DNA of 64,000 nt from NCBI RefSeq assembly GCF_018977255.1, contig NW_024704843.1:1-64000 (forward strand), written 5' to 3'. The notes below the pieces were generated by a model. It made no database searches. It worked only from the letters and a program-made list of their open reading frames with translations, and was not told where the DNA came from. Origin of the DNA: Callorhinchus milii (Eukaryota). The position numbers and the translations under genes were made by a program. This document shows, piece after piece, positions 23,881 to 36,569 of the stretch (the first letter of the stretch is position 1; every line of letters starts with the position of its first letter).

Positions 23881-26799
23881 TAGCCTTGTAATCTGAGTTT
23901 GGTTCTCAATCGGGGCAATGAGCAAAATGAGCCATATTGATGGACAAAGATAAGGGTAACCTCAGCACTGAGACTGACAGAATAAAACAGTTTACTTATT
24001 TCCCAGCCCTTTGGTTTGAACATTCTTAGACATGAAATTTACAATAATTCCTGAATAATTAGGCTTCGTATTAATAGTCTCGAAAATATAATTTCAAAGA
24101 GCGTTTAGAGAGGATACATTTTATTAAATGAAAAGGTTCTATTCTGCAGTCACACTTGTTAACCATGTAGATGCTAATTTACAATAAAGCTTCCATGATA
24201 AAAACTCCAAGAGGTTATTTTCTCTGGTGTGGTTCACCTGCAATGTGTTTCAAATATTTGTTTTAATTCTCAAATTTACAACTTTTGTGGGAAGATTACA
24301 CTGGCAGACACTTTAAATATCCATGATATTTTAGTTAAACGTTAACTTGTAGAAGATGTAAGGTTTGATTTATATATATTCTGGCAATTGCCAACGGTCG
24401 GTTGTCACTTAAGATAAGTGCTGTGGTATGAAATATAACCCGATAATGATAAAGAGATTCTATTTCCATTGGAGAATCATATCTGATCCTTTGACAATTA
24501 TTTTATTTACACAGTCATAAGGCATGAGTGGAAAATACTCAGTGTTGCTTGGTGCAGTATTTTTTAACCTGTTTGTAGCAGAAGGTTTCGGGTCAGATTC
24601 ATATTAAGAGGAAACCGGTTAAAATTAGAGTCAGAAAGTACAGGTGTTTCCTGCAAATCAGAAAATGACTTCATTTCAGATTACCACGTGGCGATTAACA
24701 ATCATTTCTTTTAAATGTTTTTTGAACCGCAGTAATTGTGGCAGTAGGATTCAGTCCAGTGTTTGTTGCAGTTAATTTGTCTCATAGTTATCAATTGTAT
24801 GTACATTTGCTGTATTGTAATTTGGCTTTGGTTCTGGAAGCCAGGGGAGTTGTATACTTGTATACTTCTCATTGGTCCTGAACTTACTCCAGGTTGAAAT
24901 ACTTGGGAACAAAATATGGGAAGTCAGTCAAGCCTTTGTGGGTCAAGAGCTTTTCACGTCCAGAGGCCGCGTAAAACGGCTTTAAGGATTTACTGACAAT
25001 GGAGAAGGAACGACAGATCAAACCTTCAACTAAATAGCACTTCTGCAGCACAGCATTGCAGTGTGTTTCACAAACACAAATTTCATTACATTCAAGTCCT
25101 AATATGGGTTTGTGCCCAAAAGCTTCTGTCTCAGAGCAAGGAATTGTGACTTGTCCTGATACCCCTTCACCCATCTTGACTGTTTTTGTCGAACGATTAA
25201 TCAATTTTAGTGAAGATTCATATCCTTCAATGTGAACTGTAAGTTTAAAATGTCAAACACAGAGACTTCCTTCTTACAACAAAATCATCTGGTGGTTGAG
25301 AAGCTGAAAGTCAGTGTGCAGTGTGAGTGGGAGGTTTTTCAAAACATTAATGTACTGTCACATTTGTAACTGCTTTCAAGTGGGGCAAATAATTTTTCTC
25401 CTCGTTGGGCTCCTACTTTTATTGAATTCTATATCTTCCCAATTGCACATTAGCAATTATCGTGACAGTAATAAAATGGTAACATTTGGAAAACTGCTCT
25501 GCTTGCTAGATGTTTAATACGCTCCTTCCCAAGGAAAATATTGTTCAGCGTATCGCTATTATATGTTATCAGAGGCAGGCCAGGCTGAGGGTATCTTGTG
25601 TGCTCCAGTCAGCCAACAATTCAGAAGCTGCAGAGAGACTAATTGTGAATTCAGTCTGATGGAGGGATCCCCGAAAGAAAGTCAATGACCACTGTACAAA
25701 TTTCAAAAGCTGAGACCATACACAATCATAAACCATGACAGTGATCATTAGAAGGTGATATTCCATCTATATCTATAATATATATATATTCGTGCTACAG
25801 GGGCTAAACGGATTCAGGTCAAATTTAGGCACATTAGGCCCAAAATTCTATCGCATTGCACACTATGAGATTCATGTTGTTATCAATAACAATGATAATA
25901 ATCATTGTGTTTGGTTTAGTCCCTCTCACGTCACCAGGACCTTTGAAGAGGTGTCTGGCCCTATGTAGCAGATCAATTACCCACAGCAGGAATTTGGGCT
26001 GTATGATCTCCCATTGAGGTGCTGCCCGGCTCAGATTGTTCAGCTCAGCACAGGCAGGAGATAAAGCTCTGTCAGTGTATAAAATATGGTGCTATAAATA
26101 TTCTAACGCAGAGCTGCATGTTTCTATATTTAAATAGCCGTGTATCTGAAGCTGTTTCTGGGTGAGGGGCTGATGAACGTGGGACGGAAAAAAGCTGCTG
26201 GTCACCGGAGCGAAGAACCAACTCAAGCGGAACTGTCATTGCCATTTTTGTTCTCAGCAAAACTGTACCTGAAGTTACACGTTTCACTTAACAGCTCTTG
26301 TTTAATGCTGAGTTACTGGGAATCTGAATAATTTCGAAAGCAGCGGCAAGGCACAATTGACACAAAAGGAACAGGAAAGAGAGGAATCAAACAGCGCAAT
26401 TAATTTTAACATTTTTTATTGATGCTTCAGGTAAAAAATATAGAGAATCTGGAGATAGTATGAATGAGGAGCAGATACAAACATAGCTTCAGATTAAAAT
26501 CAAGGTACAGAGTACCACAGGCACTGTCTTTCTGTTTCATTACACCACACAAATAGTAATCACAAATAAAGAACATCAGAGGCGTGAATGTACCATTATT
26601 ATTCATTATTACCAAAGTCACAATGTAACACAAATTAGCAATAAGAAAGGCTTCTAAACTTCAGTTAGTTGCCTAAAAAAAAGTATACTTTCAGCGGATT
26701 TGTACAATGGGTGAAAATAGACATCACGTAATCTGTCACGAGGCACAGTTGTTACACATAAACGGACGCGACACACTGGTGAAGCTGATCTTAAGAAAC

Positions 26800-26808
26800 T
26801 CATTGTAT
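26800..26808 (-). CDS. Duplicate IgH TM2' exon (IQ*)
   Basis: ttttccag|ATA CAA TGA, paralogous to GTA AAA TGA at 31438-31446. AATAAA at 26415-26420. Confidence 0.7.
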   Translation of the reverse strand: MQ

Positions 26809-27289
26809 CTGGAAAATATAAGATATAATGGATAATGACATTTAAGCTTGTGCTTATTTTTGTCTCTATGTATCCGCACAGATACGCGCACAAACACGCA
26901 AACACAGACACAAACATACACATGAGTCCAACTGATTCTGTGTGAATCTGAGTTTGTCTGTTGGGGACTGAAAAAGGCAGAAAGCCTTCGACACGCTTCA
27001 TATTGTCCACAATAACTCACAGATACACTAAATCTTTAAATAACCATTGCCCCTTGCCTGTGTCCATAGCAGGTGAGCATATGCCAGGTGTGATAGGCTG
27101 TGTTGGGGTGACAGGATATTTTGATCACCCTACACACAGCCCAGTCACAAGGATCGTGGCCTGTAGTTGCAGGTTGAGATTCGCAGCAAAGTGGTTGCAA
27201 TGAGCATCACTATCAGGATTCCCATGGACCAAGTATTTGAAAGCAGCTGTTACACCACATCACGGCGTCAATGCATTTACTCTCCTCAC

Positions 27290-27411
27290 CTTAACGGTGG
27301 GGTAGTAGAAAATATTCAGGAAGAAGAAAATGATAAAGTTGGAAGCAGTAGGCCAGAGGCTGTCACATTGAACTGCTTGAAAACTTTCCAGAATTAACTC
27401 GATTGGGAAAG
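27290..27411 (-). CDS. Duplicate IgH TM1' exon, open frame
   Basis: tcctcacag|CT...AAG|gtgag, 122 nt, encoding (A)FPIELILESFQAVQCDSLWPTASNFIIFFFLNIFYYPTVK. In-frame 9-nt deletion relative to TM1. Confidence 0.8.
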
Positions 27412-27794
27412 CTGTGAGGACAAATTAGGGCAAATATCTTCAGAGCGAAATGAAACCTGAGTCAATTCTTATTTTTCCTGTTGAATTATTAATGTATTTT
27501 CAATTTAATAGTCAATCCATTTGTTAAGCTGCACAGAAACATATGCAGATTCTTCCAAACTTTTAATATGAAGAAAAATAAAGAAAACAATTGTTTTATT
27601 GTTTGTTCCTCTCAATTATAGAATTTAGAGAAGAATCTGTGGAACACTTGTCAAAAATTTGAGGAAATACATAAGGAAGGAAATGCTCCCATTGAGACTG
27701 TGCTGGTCGTAAAAGGACAGATCTACTCCAATCCTCCAATTCCACCTTCCAGTCTGTTCTATTGCAAGTTCACATCGTCACTGTTCAAATACCA

Positions 27795-27995
27795 TTTTGA
27801 ATTCCTTTACATTTAGATATTGAAATGATGAACAAGGCTGAAACTGATAGATTTTTAACAATAGAGGAATTAGGGGATATGGGGATAGGGCAGGTTATTA
27901 CAGTTAAGTCTGAAGATCAACCATGATCTTATCAAATGGCGGGGCAGGCTCGAGGGGCCGAATGGCCTAAACCTGCTACAAATTGTTATGTTCTT
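27795..27995 (+). mobile_element. CR1 3' end inserted in the distal duplicate only
   Basis: gatcaaccatgatcttatcaaatggcggggcaggctcgaggggccgaatggcct...ttatgttcttatgttct. Absent at the paralogous site near 32640. Confidence 0.85.
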
Positions 27996-28689
27996 ATGTT
28001 CTCGATATAAAATTCGACTGAGCTTTTATATTTCACGGTGATTTTCCTGGATGTTTTATAATCATTTGTCGCCTTTCACTGCATCATTCTTTCAAAACTG
28101 CAGTAAATTTGAAAGCTTGTATTTGCTTATCTTCCCTTTCTCTTTTACGATCTCTTTTTCGGGAGCAGCCACAATGTTTGAAGCGGATCCTCATCACTGT
28201 AACGTCAATCACAGGCGTCATCTTTCGTGATCTTTGTGAATCTGCCCAAAATCCTCTCAGCTGCTCGTATATCCTCTGTTTAATAAAATGCCCAGAACCG
28301 CACTCTGTACTCCACCCAGAATCCTGCTAACTTCATATTTAATTGACATTCATATTCATATTTAATTGACCTTTTGAAATATGGTCTATCGACCTATACT
28401 CCAAATTTTCCACACTGCCCTTAAACAGAAGATTTTCCTGCTGATTCAATAAACAACTGCAATTCCACTTTTCAGCCAATTGAGCTAAAAGATCTGTAAT
28501 TTTAAGCAATTGCTCATGTTGCTCCTGACTGTGACCCACACCACTATTATGCTATCATCAATAATTCTATAAATAGTAACATGTCGATTTCCAAACCGTC
28601 CATATTATAGTAAAGCAGTGGAGGATCCTGCAAAACCGTCTGTGTAAATGAACTAAAGCAATTCAGGATTAAATGTAACAGGATTCATT

Positions 28690-29410
28690 CAGAGCGATAT
28701 TGACTGTGTGTTGGCCTGGGTGAGCGTGAGTGTGTGTGTGTAGCCCTGGGTTGAAGTGAGTGGTTTGTGAGTGTATGTGGGCATTGATGGATGCGAGAGA
28801 ATCTGGGTTTTTGTGGGTGTGTGCGAATGTGTAAGGTCCTTGTTGAGTGTGAGTATACATGAGTATGTGTTCAGTTGTGTGTGAACCTGGGTGGATTTGA
28901 GTGTGTGTGAGTGTGTATGGAATTCGGTGACAGTGTGTGGGCCTGCATGGAATTTCTTATGTGACAGTGTGTGTGAGCCTGGAAGGAATTCAGTATTTAT
29001 AATTGTGTGGGAGCCTTGGTGGATGTGAATGTGTAGGTGTGGGATGCTGGGTGTGTGAGTGTAAGTAAGTGTGAGTGGGCCTGGTTGAGTGTGAGTGTGT
29101 ATGGAACTGGATGGAAGCCTATTTGTGTGAGTGTCTCGGGCTTAATGGATGTAAGAGTGAGTATGTGTTGTCCCCTGTAAGTGTGTGTGCGGGAGTGTGT
29201 GTGGACTTGTTTGGGTGCGAGTATGTGCGAGTTTGTGTGATCCGAGGTGGATGTATGAGTGTGTGAGCCTGGATGGATGGGAGATGGTGTCGGTTTGTGT
29301 GTGTCTGTGTGTTTGGGAACCTGGGTGGACATGTGAATGATTGTGGGCGTTTGTCGACATGATTGTGTGTGTGAGGGTGTGTGGATGTGAGTGTGAATGA
29401 ATGCGTTTAC
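28690..29410. repeat. TG-rich degenerate repeat (paralog at 33370-34030)
   Basis: Low-complexity GTGT/GAGT/GGAT tract at the same position in both duplicate copies. Confidence 0.85.
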
Positions 29411-29997
29411 TTACAATGTAAAAGTACGGCTAAGCGTGTGTTTAAGTGAACATTTTCCAGTACCCGGAACAGTTCTGTGTAAGAAGTATTTACTTTAAAG
29501 GAAATGTAGTATAAAAGGACGCTGCTTACAGCAGAGATGCTGTTGCATGCGGATTGCGATGCTATTCGGTGGAAATGAAAGTATCATGGAAAGGAACAGG
29601 TGTAGCTGACTTGTGCAATTCTAAATGAAACTGCAAATAAAATCTAGTCCTAGATTGGGTGGTAGCAATTAATGTAGATTAATTTGGGAGCATTAGCGCC
29701 TTTTTTTTGATCAACCCAGTTTCTGACACGTGTTAACTCATCAAACTGCTTAATAGCTCACATACCAATCTGAAAGTTCTATTAAATTGATGTTCAAATC
29801 GCCTCAAGGAAAGGATGTATCTCTCCTTATTATAGAAGTTGTCTGTGTAATTAGTTGTAAATCATGCCCTCTGTAGCTGACTCATCAGTACAACTGTAAT
29901 CTTTATTTGAGTTACTTTGTCATGAAACCAAACAGTCAATGCAATGGTAGGGAGGTGCATGCCTAAAAGATAAAGAAAAATAGTATTGAGAGACACT

Positions 29998-30106
29998 CAT
30001 TGACAGGCATTGACGGTGTCCTTCAGGACAAGGGAAATGTTTACAACACTCGATTTTCCGCTGGATTTATTAACCTTTCTGGTCAGGGTCTTCAGTGGGA
30101 ATGTTT
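29998..30106 (-). pseudogene. Orphan CH4 C-terminus plus secretory tail ([35 protein letters not shown])
   Basis: Paralog of 34617-34726. It has no splice acceptor, the internal TM donor GT is changed to GA, and AATAAA is kept at 29902-29907. Confidence 0.85.
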
Positions 30107-30746
30107 AGGCCTATTAGATCCAAAATACTATTGTATTGCAGCCCGTGAGGTTTATGTCGTTATCAATAACAATGATAAGTATCACTGTGTTTGGTTCAGT
30201 GTCTCTCACACCAGCAGGACGTCCCCATGATTTTCACAGTATGACCTGTGAAGAAGTGTATGGGCCAACGTCGCAGCAGGAATTTGGGCTTTACGGTCTC
30301 CAATTGAGGTGCTGCCCTGGTCAGATTGTCCAGCTCAGCACAGGCAGGAGATAAAGCTCTGTCAATGTATAAAACAGATTGCGCTCTCACATTGTGCTAT
30401 AAATACTCTAACACAGAGCTGCATGTTACTATTTTGGAATAGTCATGTGTCTGAAGCTGTATCTTGGTGAGGGGCTGATCAATGCGGGACGGAAAAGGCT
30501 GCTGTTCACTGGAGCGAAGAACCATCTCAAGCGGAACTATCATCGCGTTTAGTGTTCTCAGCAAAGCTGCAACTGAAGTTTGACATTAAATTCAACAGCT
30601 TTTGTTTAATGCTGAGTTACTGGGAATCAGAATAATTTGGAAAGCAACGGCAAGGCACAATTGACACAAAAGGAACAGGAAAGAGGAAACAAACAGATCA
30701 TTGAGATTGTAATATTTTTATTGATGCTTCTGGCACACAAGAGACG

Positions 30747-31076
30747 GTGTCCTGTAGCTCAGTGGTTAGAGCACTCGCTTTGCAAGTGAGAGACCTGAGT
30801 TCAATTCCAGGCAGAGGGCGAAACCTTGGGCAAGTTTCCTTACTCCACACAGAGCCTAATAATAATCCCTCCAAAACCAAAAACAATAATAAATTGGTCA
30901 TTTTGAATCTACGACTGTTTGTGGGACATTGCTGTGCGCAATTGGCTGCCGCTTTCGCCCAAAAATATACAGTCAATTCACTTTGCAGCGTGTTCTGTGA
31001 AGCGCTTTGGGACGTCCTCCCGACGTGAAAAGCGCTATATCAAATGCAAGGATTATTATTATTATTATTATTATTA
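30747..31076 (+). mobile_element. tRNA-derived SINE, full length, inside the TM 3' UTR
   Basis: Family consensus. Absent from the paralogous site near 26430-26445. Confidence 0.92.
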
Positions 31077-31437
31077 GAATCTGGAGATAATATGAAACCG
31101 GAGCAGAATCAAAGATTCAGCTTCAGATTAAAAAAAAGGACAAATTATCTCAGCCACTAACTTTCTGTTTCTTTACACCAAAAAAATGGGAAACTGCAAA
31201 TGGAGAATATCAGAGAGGCGTGAGAGTTAACAACTTCAGTTATTGTTACCTAAAGAAACATTTGTAAAATAAACGAACAATAACAAAAGCCACGAAAATT
31301 CAAGCAGTTGCACAACACAATGTTTAATTTAAGTGATTTGCACAATGAGTGAAAACAGGCAGCGCGTAATCTTTCACACGACGCTCTTGTTAAGCACAAA
31401 CGGACGGGACACATCGTTGAAGCTGATCTTTATGAAT

Positions 31438-31446
31438 TCATTTTAC
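31438..31446 (-). CDS. IGHM: IgM-type TM2 exon (VK*)
   Basis: tattttccag|GTA AAA TGA. Joins TM1 in phase 0 to give the KVK cytoplasmic tail. Confidence 0.88.
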   Translation of the reverse strand, partial: VK

Positions 31447-32086
31447 CTGGAAAATAGAAATAAAGATGCCATGATATTCAAGCTTGTGTTTATAAGTGTA
31501 TATCAATCCAAACAGGTAAACACGCACAAACAAACAAACATACGCCTCATAATAATCCCTCAAAAAAACAAAAAACGTTGATCATTTTGAATCCATGACT
31601 GTTTGTGTGACATTGCTGTGCGCAATCGACTGCCGCGTTGGCCCACAAATATGCACTCAATTCACATTACAGTATGTTCTGTGAAGCGCTTGGTGACGTC
31701 CTCCCGAATGGAAAAGAGCTATATCAAATGCAAGGAGTATTATTATTATCATTATTATGTACACACACACGGATACACAAGGGTCCAAGTGATTCTGTGT
31801 GAATTTGTATTTGTCTGCTGGGGGCTGACACAGACAGTAATCCTTGCACCTTGCCTGTGTCTATAGCAGTTGAGCACATGCCAGGTGTGTTCGGGTGTGT
31901 AAGGGAGATGGGATATTAGGATCACCCTGTACACAGCACAGTCACAAGAATCTTGGCCTGTAGGTAGAGTTTGAGTTTGCCAACAGAGTGGTTGCAATGA
32001 GCTTCACTGTTAGCCTTTCCATGCACCGAATATTTAACAGCAGCCGTTGCACGACATCGTGGCCTAAATGCATTTACTCTCCTCAC

Positions 32087-32217
32087 CTTAAAAAGAGTTA
32101 CGGTAGCGCTGTAGAAAATGTTCAGGAAGAAGAGGATGATGAAGGTGGACGCAGTAGGCCAGAGGTTGTCACACTGAACTTCTTGAAATCCTTCCAGCAT
32201 CATCTCGTTTGGCAAAT
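32087..32217 (-). CDS. IGHM: IgM-type TM1 exon
   Basis: cctcacag|AT...AAG|gtgag, 131 nt, encoding (D)[43 protein letters not shown]. This is the canonical IgH CART motif (LW.TASTF..LF...FYS.TVTL.K). Confidence 0.93.
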
Positions 32218-34616
32218 CTGTGAGGTTATAAAAAGGGAAAAATCTTCAGAGCGCATTGACAACTCAGACATTTCTTGTTTTTTCTGTTATACTATTAACG
32301 TATGTAGAGATTCCGAGTTAATTAATGGCTCTCTCCGTCTATTAAATAACACTTGACTTCATACCATTTCTTCCAAACTTTTAATTCAAAGGCAAATGAA
32401 GAAAAATATTATTTTATAGTATGTTCCTCTCAATATAGATTCCACGGAAGAATTTGAGGAACATTTTGGGAAGGCTCAATTTGTGCAAATGCAGAAAGAA
32501 GGAAGTTCTCCCATTGAGTCTCTGCTGGTAGTGAAAGGACAGATCTACTCCAATCCTTCAATCCTATCTTTCTTTTTGCCCTATTGCAAGTTCACATCGT
32601 CTCTGTTCAAATAATATTTGAAATTCCTTTACATTATAATGCTGAGGTGAAGATTTCTCTATTCTAAACAATTCTCGATATAAAAATCGACTTTGCCATT
32701 ATATTTTACAGTGATTTTACTGGACCTCTTATACCCATTTTTATGGATACTATCGCTTTTCACTGTATCAGCCTTTCAAAACTTAAATACATTTGAAAAC
32801 TTGTATTTGCTGATCTTCCCTTTCTGATTTACCTGCACTTTCCTTTCGAGAGCAGCCGCGCTATGTGAAGCTATTCCTCAACACAGTAACCTTTGTGAAA
32901 CTTCCCAAAACCCTCTCAGGAGCTCTTATTTCCTTTGTTTAATAAAATGCCCAGAACCGCACACTGTACACCACCCATAATCCACCCCTAATCCACCAAC
33001 TTAAATTTATATTTAATTAACAGTCGATTGCCCAACAAAAATGACAGGGTCCATTTTTACTCCATTTGATATGCGCTCCCATCGACTATTACTCCAGGTT
33101 TTCCACTCGTCACTTATAACAGAAGCCGTAACTGATATTGAACTGCAATTCCACTTTTCGGCCAACTCAGCCAAGGCGTCTGTAATCTTATACAATTGCC
33201 AAAGTTATTCCTGACTGTGTCTAACAACCCTATTAGACCATCATCTCTTTTATCATGGATAGCCATGTCGATTTCACAATCGTTAATATTATTGTAGGAA
33301 CCGGCACAAACGTCTCTGTAAATTAACTAAAGTAAATGAGGATTAAATTTAAAAAGGTTCATCCATAGCGCTATTGATTTTGTATTGGCTTGGGTGAGTG
33401 TGCGTCTGTGTGTGTGGTCATTCGTGGATGTGTATATATATGTATATGTGCGTGTTCCTGCATGTATGTATTTGTGTGGCGACATGGGTTGATGTAAGCG
33501 TGTGTGAGTGTCTGCCTTGGTGGATGTAAATGTGTCAAGTTGTCTGTGTAATTAATTGTAAATATGGGTATGTGAGTGTGTTTAAGTGTGCGTGGGCCTG
33601 GGTGAGTGTGAGCTGATGGGGGCCTGGATGGAAGTGGGTGTGTGTGAGTATCTGTGGGCCTTAATGGAAATCAGTGTGAGTCTGTCGTCCCCGGTAAGTG
33701 TGTGTGCGGAAATGTGTAGGGGCTTGTTTGGATGTGGATATAAGTGAGTTTGTGTGAGCCAGGGTGGATGTGTGAGTGTGTGTGAGTGTGTGTGGGACTG
33801 GGTGGACGTGAGTTTGCGTCTGCAAGTGTCTGCATGTGTGGACCTGCGGGGATGTGTGAGTGTATGTGTGTGTGGCCCCTGGGAGGATGTGAGTTTGTGT
33901 GTCTGTGTCTCTGTGTGTATGCGTGTGTGTTTGTGAACATGGGTGGACACGTGAGTGTGTGTGGGCCTGGATGGATATGATGTTGTTTGTCAGTATGTGT
34001 GGATGTGAGTTTGAATGAATGCATTTGGTTACAATGTCCATGTATGGCTAAGCTTATGTTTAAATGAACATTTTCCTGTATTCGGATCAGTTTCAGTGTG
34101 AGAAGTATATACTTTTAATGGAAATGTAGCAATAAAAAGCCGGAGTTTACGTCCGCGATGTTATTACACGTGGAATGCGATGCTATTCGGTGGGAAAGAA
34201 AATATGTTGAAAAGGAACAGGTGTAGCTTCACTGTGCTATTCTGAATCAAACTGCAAATAAAGTACAGTCTGAGTTGGGCTGTAGCAAGTAAAGTAGAAT
34301 AATTTCGGACGGGTAACTTTTTTTTGGTCACCCGGGTGTCTGACACCTGCAAACCCATCACGATGATTAAGAGTGTACAAACCAACCTGACTGTCCTATT
34401 AACTTGATGCTAACATCCCCCCAAAAATGGATGTATCTGTCCTTGCTATGGAAGTTGACAGTGAAGTTAATTAATTGCAAATCATCCTCTCTGTACCTGA
34501 CACATCAATGCAACTATAATCTTTATTTGAGTTACTTGTTCATGAAAACAAACAGCCAATGCAATGGGAGGGAAGCGGTTGCATAAGAGAATAGGCAACA
34601 TGGTATTGAGGGACAC

Positions 34617-35008
34617 TCATTGACAGGCATTCACGGTGTCCATCAGGACAAGGGAAATATTTACAAAACTCGGTTTACCGCTGGATTTATTAACGGATCT
34701 GGTCAGAGTCTTCATTGGGAAAGTTTCATGTCCGACCACACAGGAGTAGGAGTTTCCTCTGCCCCAGTCTCCGGCTGAGATGGACAACATGCTGTACATG
34801 GAGTAGTTGCGATCTGCACTGTCTGCCATCACATCAGTGTTCTTGTAGTTACTGCCATCAATCACCTGGTCATTCTCAGTCCACTGCACAAAGATCTCTT
34901 TGGGAGCGAAGTCCTTCACCAGGCAGGTGAGGGTGACAGACTGCTGAGCAGACAATTCTTCTGCCGACGGGAGGAGGAGATACACTGAAGGTCGTTTCAC
35001 GTGCTCCA
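34617..35008 (-). CDS. IGHM: IgM CH4 exon plus secretory tailpiece
   Basis: C1-set domain (LTCLVKDF, VQW, YSCVVGHE). Tail GKPSFVNISLVLMDTVNACQ* has N-I-S and a penultimate Cys, as in chondrichthyan IgM. Internal G|GTAAA donor for TM splicing at 34679/34678. AATAAA at 34522-34527. Confidence 0.93.
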
Positions 35009-35265
35009 CTGTTGAAAGAACACAATCGAATCAATACACTGAAAGTGGTCAATCAGAGAAAAGTTTGGAGCATAAGAGTCTGCAGAATAAGCTGAGATTG
35101 ATGTGTTTTTCTGTTCAGACTGCGTTCAGCTGTTTGTAATTGCAGGTGCGAATGGGAACACGGATGTTGATTGAAATCTCTCGACAGCAATTTATTATTT
35201 GCACCCAGTGGTTTTCCTATATTCTGGAATTATAATAAACACGTAAATTATTTTTCACTCCTCAC

Positions 35266-35577
35266 CTGTCTTCTTAAACGTCTTTTCTCTGATGGGAGAT
35301 GGTATATCATCATGGCTGGCTACACAGAAGTATTCTTTACCACTGTTCCAGTCTAATACAGAAATGTTTAATTTACTGATCACTTTCTGAGGCTCAGTGG
35401 CAGAAGTTTTCCCATATCCAGACTGCAAATGTGTATTTCCTTGTGTCCAAGTCACGTTGACATGAAGTGGTGCATTAACCACGACACATGTTAGCGTTAC
35501 AGAGGAATCCATCAAAACCTGTCGCTGTGCAGGTGGCAGGATATAGATCTTGACACCTCCAGAGGGATCCTCGCATT
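35266..35577 (-). CDS. IGHM: IgM CH3 exon
   Basis: ttctag|AA TGC...ACA G|gtgag, 312 nt, phase 1-1, encoding ECEDPSGGVKIYILPP...VTLTCVVVNAPLHVNVTW...YFCVASHDDIPSP. Resembles shark IgM CH3. Confidence 0.9.
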
Positions 35578-36248
35578 CTAGAAAAGTAAAAGAAACTTAG
35601 AAAGACAAAGAACAGCCCATTTCCAGAATTTCATATTGGGTCAAGTTAAGCAATGACCGCCCATGAAGATTCTCACTTTCTGGCTCATCTGACCGCAGAT
35701 TGTTGTTTCCTAATACAATTTTCAATCGTTGATGGAATAGTTTACTGGAAAGTTGAGCAATCCTGCCTGAAGCATTGCGTGATATTTGGCCTATTGATTT
35801 CCAATTCCCTCCGACGGACAACCGCTCATGATGTAACGCATATGATGGATGAGCTTTGACTGTGTTTATATGTATATCCGCCCTGCTTGATACAAATTGT
35901 GATCAGAAAGTTCAGTGGTAGTAGATGTTGAGGAAGCGGGTGGAATATGAGCAAAACCGCCACAATCCCGTGGACCTGTGAGTGATGCCTCAGCTCCTCA
36001 TGAGCAGTAGATCAGAAACATGATCTTTGTTGCTACCCACTGAATACTGCGTGAGAATTGGGGCCCGATTTCCTCATGCCGTAAAGATCAACAAAACTGG
36101 GAATAAGCTCGCTTGTGTGTTGTTCCCAGTGAAATATCCAAATGGGGCTGAAAGCAATGTATCAATAGAGCTCTCACCAGTGGACATTTGAAAGGAAACT
36201 GAGAGTGACGTTCTTGCCATGTGTACCAACTATTGCCGTGTTTCCCAC

Positions 36249-36569
36249 CTGAGGTGATGTTCTTGACAATGATGGTGTGGGTGGGTTCATGGGAAACCTG
36301 GCAGGTATAAACCGCGCCACTCCTCCACTCTCTGGCGGGGACAGTCAGGCGGCTGCTGGTGCTGAATGTCACGTTGTCTTCTTTAACCGAGGGAGAACTC
36401 ACAACACCTGAGGTGATGGGCTGCCAGTCTCTTAGCCATTTAACCCGGAGTATGTCCGGATGAAAACCAAATGCTAAGCAGACAGCAGTGGCCTGGTTGT
36501 GCCTGGTGATGTCTTCAGGGGAAGTTTGTGTGAGGATAACAACTGGCGGCGTTGGCTTAGGTACATTAT
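36249..36569 (-). CDS. IGHM: IgM CH2-like exon b (intact)
   Basis: ttccag|AT AAT...TCA G|gtggga, 321 nt, phase 1-1, encoding NVPKPTPPVVILTQ...ATAVCLAFGF...VKW...FSTSSRLTVPAREW...YTCQVSHE. Confidence 0.9.

Larger units (their letters stand above)
25824..30106 (-). repeat. Distal copy of a tandem duplication of 30104-34726 (end of CH4 to beyond TM2)
   Basis: Colinear homology of both blocks, including the TG-rich intron repeats. The junction at 30104-30106 has a TTT shared by both parental ends (25824-25826 and 34724-34726). Confidence 0.92.

Noticed and set aside
24527-24590. Signal-peptide-like plus-strand mini-exon (MSGKYSVLLGAVFFNLFVAEG)
   Set aside because: Weak donor (GTTTCG), and the nearest acceptor leads straight into a stop. 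No V exon follows.
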